64,000 nt of DNA, taken from positions 77,178-141,177 of the forward strand of contig CAWEXD010000004.1 of NCBI GenBank assembly GCA_963812945.1. Reading direction: 5' to 3'. The position numbers were made by a program, and so were the translations under genes. Positions 61,566 through 64,000 of this stretch are shown one piece after another. Positions within the stretch are counted from its first letter, which is position 1, and every line of letters begins with the position of its first letter. This DNA comes from an uncultured Candidatus Rokubacteria bacterium. Its GTDB lineage: Bacteria > Methylomirabilota > Methylomirabilia > Rokubacteriales > DASRDR01. The notes below the pieces were generated by a model, which was not told where the DNA came from, did not search any database, and saw only the letters and a program-made list of their open reading frames with translations.

Positions 61566-61739
61566 CAGCGCGGCGGCGTGGCGGACGGTCCGAAGATCAC
61601 GGAGCGGTGAGCGTGGGGTGCCCGGTCGCGGGGGCACGCGCCCCGCGCGCCAAGCGCGGCTCGCTCCGAACCGGCGACGCCCCCTGATCGTTCGCTCCAC
61701 GATCTCAGTCGGTGCAAGGCACATACCCGGACGTGCGGG

Positions 61740-61755
61740 TGGCACCTTGCTTGCT
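61740..61755 (+). promoter_or_regulatory. sigma-54 promoter TGGCAC-N5-TTGCT
   Basis: consensus; TSS about 61766, then AAGGAGG and the ATG at 61783. Confidence 0.6.
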
Positions 61756-61782
61756 CCGTTTCTCGCCAAGGAGGACTACGAC

Positions 61783-62607
61783 ATGCAGGCCGTCGTCGGC
61801 GTCGTCCGGCAGTACGCTCACGCGGAGCTGATGGTCGCGGCGTTGCGGGAGATCGGAATCCCCGACCGCCGCATCAGCGTCCTGTCTCCCGGATCGTCCG
61901 AGTCGGCCGTGCGAGCCGTTCCGACCACGGACGCCGAGCAGCCGGGCATCGGCGGCACCATCGGCAGCGTCGTCGGCGGCGCGGCGGGCACCGCTGGAGG
62001 GCTGGCCGTGGCATCGCTCGCGCTCCCCGGCGTGGGGCCCGTGATCGCAGCCGGTGCAATCGCGCTGGGGCTCGTCGGCGCCGTGGCGGGCGGCGCGCTC
62101 GGGGGCCAGCTCGACGACGTCCTCTCCAAGGGACTCCCCACGGACGAGCTCTACGTCTACCGTCACGCGCTCCGAACGGGGCGCACCGTCGTGATCGCGA
62201 TGGTGGACGACGACGCCGAGGCGGAGCGAGTCCGGGGGCTCCTCACGAGCCGCGGGGCGGAGAGCGTCGACGCCGCCCGGGAGGACTGGTGGATCGGTCT
62301 GCGCGACGCCGAGGAAGCCGAGTACACGCGCCAAGGCGGCGACTTCGGGAAGGACGAGGCGGTCTACCGCTTGGGGTTCGACGCGGCGTTCCGCCAGTCC
62401 GGCCCGGTGCCGCCCTTCGACGAGGCCGGCCCGCGCCTCCGCGACCGACACGGGCCGCTCGTCGAGGCCCTGGCGTTTCGCGCGGGCTACGAGCGCGGGC
62501 GGGGCCGCAGGGCGGCGTTCGAGAAGGAGGGTGGCAGCCGTCCCCCGACGGATGGCCCGACGCTGATCGCGGCGCTCCTCGCCTTCCTCGTCGGCGGAGC
62601 GGGGTAG
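61783..62607 (+). CDS. YflT-like general stress protein (GsiB/17M family) with Gly-rich membrane-like insert
   Basis: AAGGAGG SD 8 nt upstream; N-terminus VVGVVRQYAHAELMVAALREIGIPDRRISVL and second half-domain YVYRHALRTGRTVVIAMVDDDAEAERVRGLL match the YflT repeats; sigma-54 promoter 28 nt upstream. Confidence 0.55.
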   Translation: MQAVVGVVRQYAHAELMVAALREIGIPDRRISVLSPGSSESAVRAVPTTDAEQPGIGGTIGSVVGGAAGTAGGLAVASLALPGVGPVIAAGAIALGLVGAVAGGALGGQLDDVLSKGLPTDELYVYRHALRTGRTVVIAMVDDDAEAERVRGLLTSRGAESVDAAREDWWIGLRDAEEAEYTRQGGDFGKDEAVYRLGFDAAFRQSGPVPPFDEAGPRLRDRHGPLVEALAFRAGYERGRGRRAAFEKEGGSRPPTDGPTLIAALLAFLVGGAG

Positions 62608-62675
62608 CTCGGACCGGCGCACCCCGCGCGGCTCATCCTCGAGCCGCGCGCGCCGGCGCGCGGCTCATTCGGATC

Positions 62676-64000
62676 ATGGCGGGACGGATCGAGGACTACG
62701 CGCTCATCGGGGACTGCGAGACCGCGGCACTGGTCGGGCGGGACGGCTCCGTAGACTGGCTCTGCCTCCCCCGCTTCGACTCCGCGTCCTGTTTCGCGGC
62801 CATTCTCGGAACTTCCGATCACGGCCGCTGGCTCATCGCCCCGGCCGGAGACGCCCGGTCGGTCCATCGCCGGTATCGCGACGGCAGCCTCGTCCTCGAG
62901 ACCGAGTACGAGACGGAGGACGGCACCGTCGCGCTGATCGATTGCATGCCGGTCCGGGCCGAGGCGCCCACGCTGATTAGGGTGGTGGAGGGACGTCGTG
63001 GCCGGGTGCCGATGCGGCTCGAGCTCACGATCCGGCTCGCCTACGGCTCCGTGATCCCCTGGGTACGCCGGGCGGACGAGGGCATCCTCGCGGTCGGCGG
63101 CCCCGACGCCCTCCGCCTCCGGACGCCCGTCGAGCTGCGCGGCGAAGACTTCAAGACGGTCGCCGACTTCACGGTCTCCGCGGGCCAGCGGGTACCGTTC
63201 ACGCTGACGTGGTTCCCCTCGCACCAGCCGGAGCCCGCACCGATCGATGCGCTCCGCGCCGTCGAGGCGACGACTCGCTGGTGGGAGGCGTGGTCGCAGC
63301 GCTGCAGCTTCGAAGGGCCCTGGCGGGACGCCGTCGTGCGCTCGCTGATCACGCTCAAGGCTCTCACCTACGCGCCGACCGGCGGGCTGGTGGCGTCCCC
63401 GACCACGTCGCTGCCGGAAAAGCTGGGCGGGGTGCGCAACTGGGACTATCGCTACTGCTGGCTGCGCGACGCGACGTTCGCCCTCTACGCCCTGATGATC
63501 GGCGGATACGTGGACGAGGCCCGGGCCTGGCGGGAGTGGCTCCTCCGGGCCGTCGCCGGGCAGCCCTCGCAGGCCAGGATCCTCTACGGCGTTGCGGGCG
63601 AGCGCCTGCTCCCGGAGTGGGAGCTGTCGTGGCTCCCGGGCTACGAGAAGTCGGCGCCAGTCCGGATCGGCAACGCCGCGGCGGCGCAGTTCCAGCTCGA
63701 CGTGTACGGCGAGGTGGCCGACGCGCTCCACTGCGCGCGGCGGGTCGGGCTGGAGCCCGACGAGAACGCCTGGCGGGTCGAGAAAGCCCTGGTCGCCTTC
63801 GTCGAGTCGACCTGGTCGGAGCCCGACGAGGGAATCTGGGAGGTGCGGGGGCCGCGCCGGCCGTTCACCCACTCGCGCGTGATGGCCTGGGTAGCGCTCG
63901 ATCGGGCCGTGAAGGGAGTCGAGCGCTTCGGGCTCGAGGGACCGGTGGAGCGCTGGCGCGCCGTCCGCGACGCGATCCACGCCGACGTGTGCCGGCACGG
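62676..64000 (+). CDS. glycoside hydrolase family 15 protein (glucoamylase/trehalase-like), 3' end outside window
   Basis: N-terminus IEDYALIGDCETAALVGRDGSVDWLCLPRFDS typical of bacterial GH15; open to window end. Confidence 0.8.
   Translation, partial: MAGRIEDYALIGDCETAALVGRDGSVDWLCLPRFDSASCFAAILGTSDHGRWLIAPAGDARSVHRRYRDGSLVLETEYETEDGTVALIDCMPVRAEAPTLIRVVEGRRGRVPMRLELTIRLAYGSVIPWVRRADEGILAVGGPDALRLRTPVELRGEDFKTVADFTVSAGQRVPFTLTWFPSHQPEPAPIDALRAVEATTRWWEAWSQRCSFEGPWRDAVVRSLITLKALTYAPTGGLVASPTTSLPEKLGGVRNWDYRYCWLRDATFALYALMIGGYVDEARAWREWLLRAVAGQPSQARILYGVAGERLLPEWELSWLPGYEKSAPVRIGNAAAAQFQLDVYGEVADALHCARRVGLEPDENAWRVEKALVAFVESTWSEPDEGIWEVRGPRRPFTHSRVMAWVALDRAVKGVERFGLEGPVERWRAVRDAIHADVCRH

Overview
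High-GC (about 70%) bacterial chromosomal segment, densely coded on both strands, with many ATGA/GTGA start-stop overlaps and no mobile elements, CRISPR arrays, rRNA or tRNA genes. Numerous sigma-54 (-24/-12) promoters plus an NtrC-family activator argue against an actinobacterial origin. Most long opposite-strand ORFs are GC artefacts; the reading frames chosen are the ones with recognisable protein motifs. Content falls into three parts: (i) 0-10 kb, a glycoconjugate-modification locus with an amidohydrolase, a fatty-acid hydroxylase, a fucosyltransferase-like glycosyltransferase, a GT2 plus GT-A-like two-gene cassette present twice as diverged paralogs each with the same sigma-70-like promoter, and a translationally coupled APH-like plus HprK-like kinase pair between the cassettes; (ii) 10-19 kb, housekeeping transport and metabolism (TRAP dctPQM, a Kef-type antiporter, a MetE-like protein, acyl-CoA synthetase and enoyl-CoA hydratase); (iii) 19-62 kb, a large set of small stress-type proteins (CsbD, two BON proteins, DUF883, DUF3618, DUF3309, DUF1328, DUF1344, YflT-like, DksA/TraR, SOD, a tandem TRASH protein, 24-25 aa hydrophobic peptides), treY/treZ/glgX trehalose genes, and an encapsulin plus EncFtn operon. 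At least 12 of these transcription units carry near-consensus sigma-54 promoters (GG-N10-GC) at the right distance from their SD/start codons, and most have a conserved dyad upstream activator-like element (CGTCACCCTGTC-N8-GACACNGTGACG and variants) about 82 nt, or 82 plus whole helical turns, upstream of the -24 GG. A histidine kinase / NtrC-family activator / single-domain receiver operon lies among them. This apparent sigma-54 general-stress/osmoprotection regulon with a shared UAS is the most notable feature of the window.
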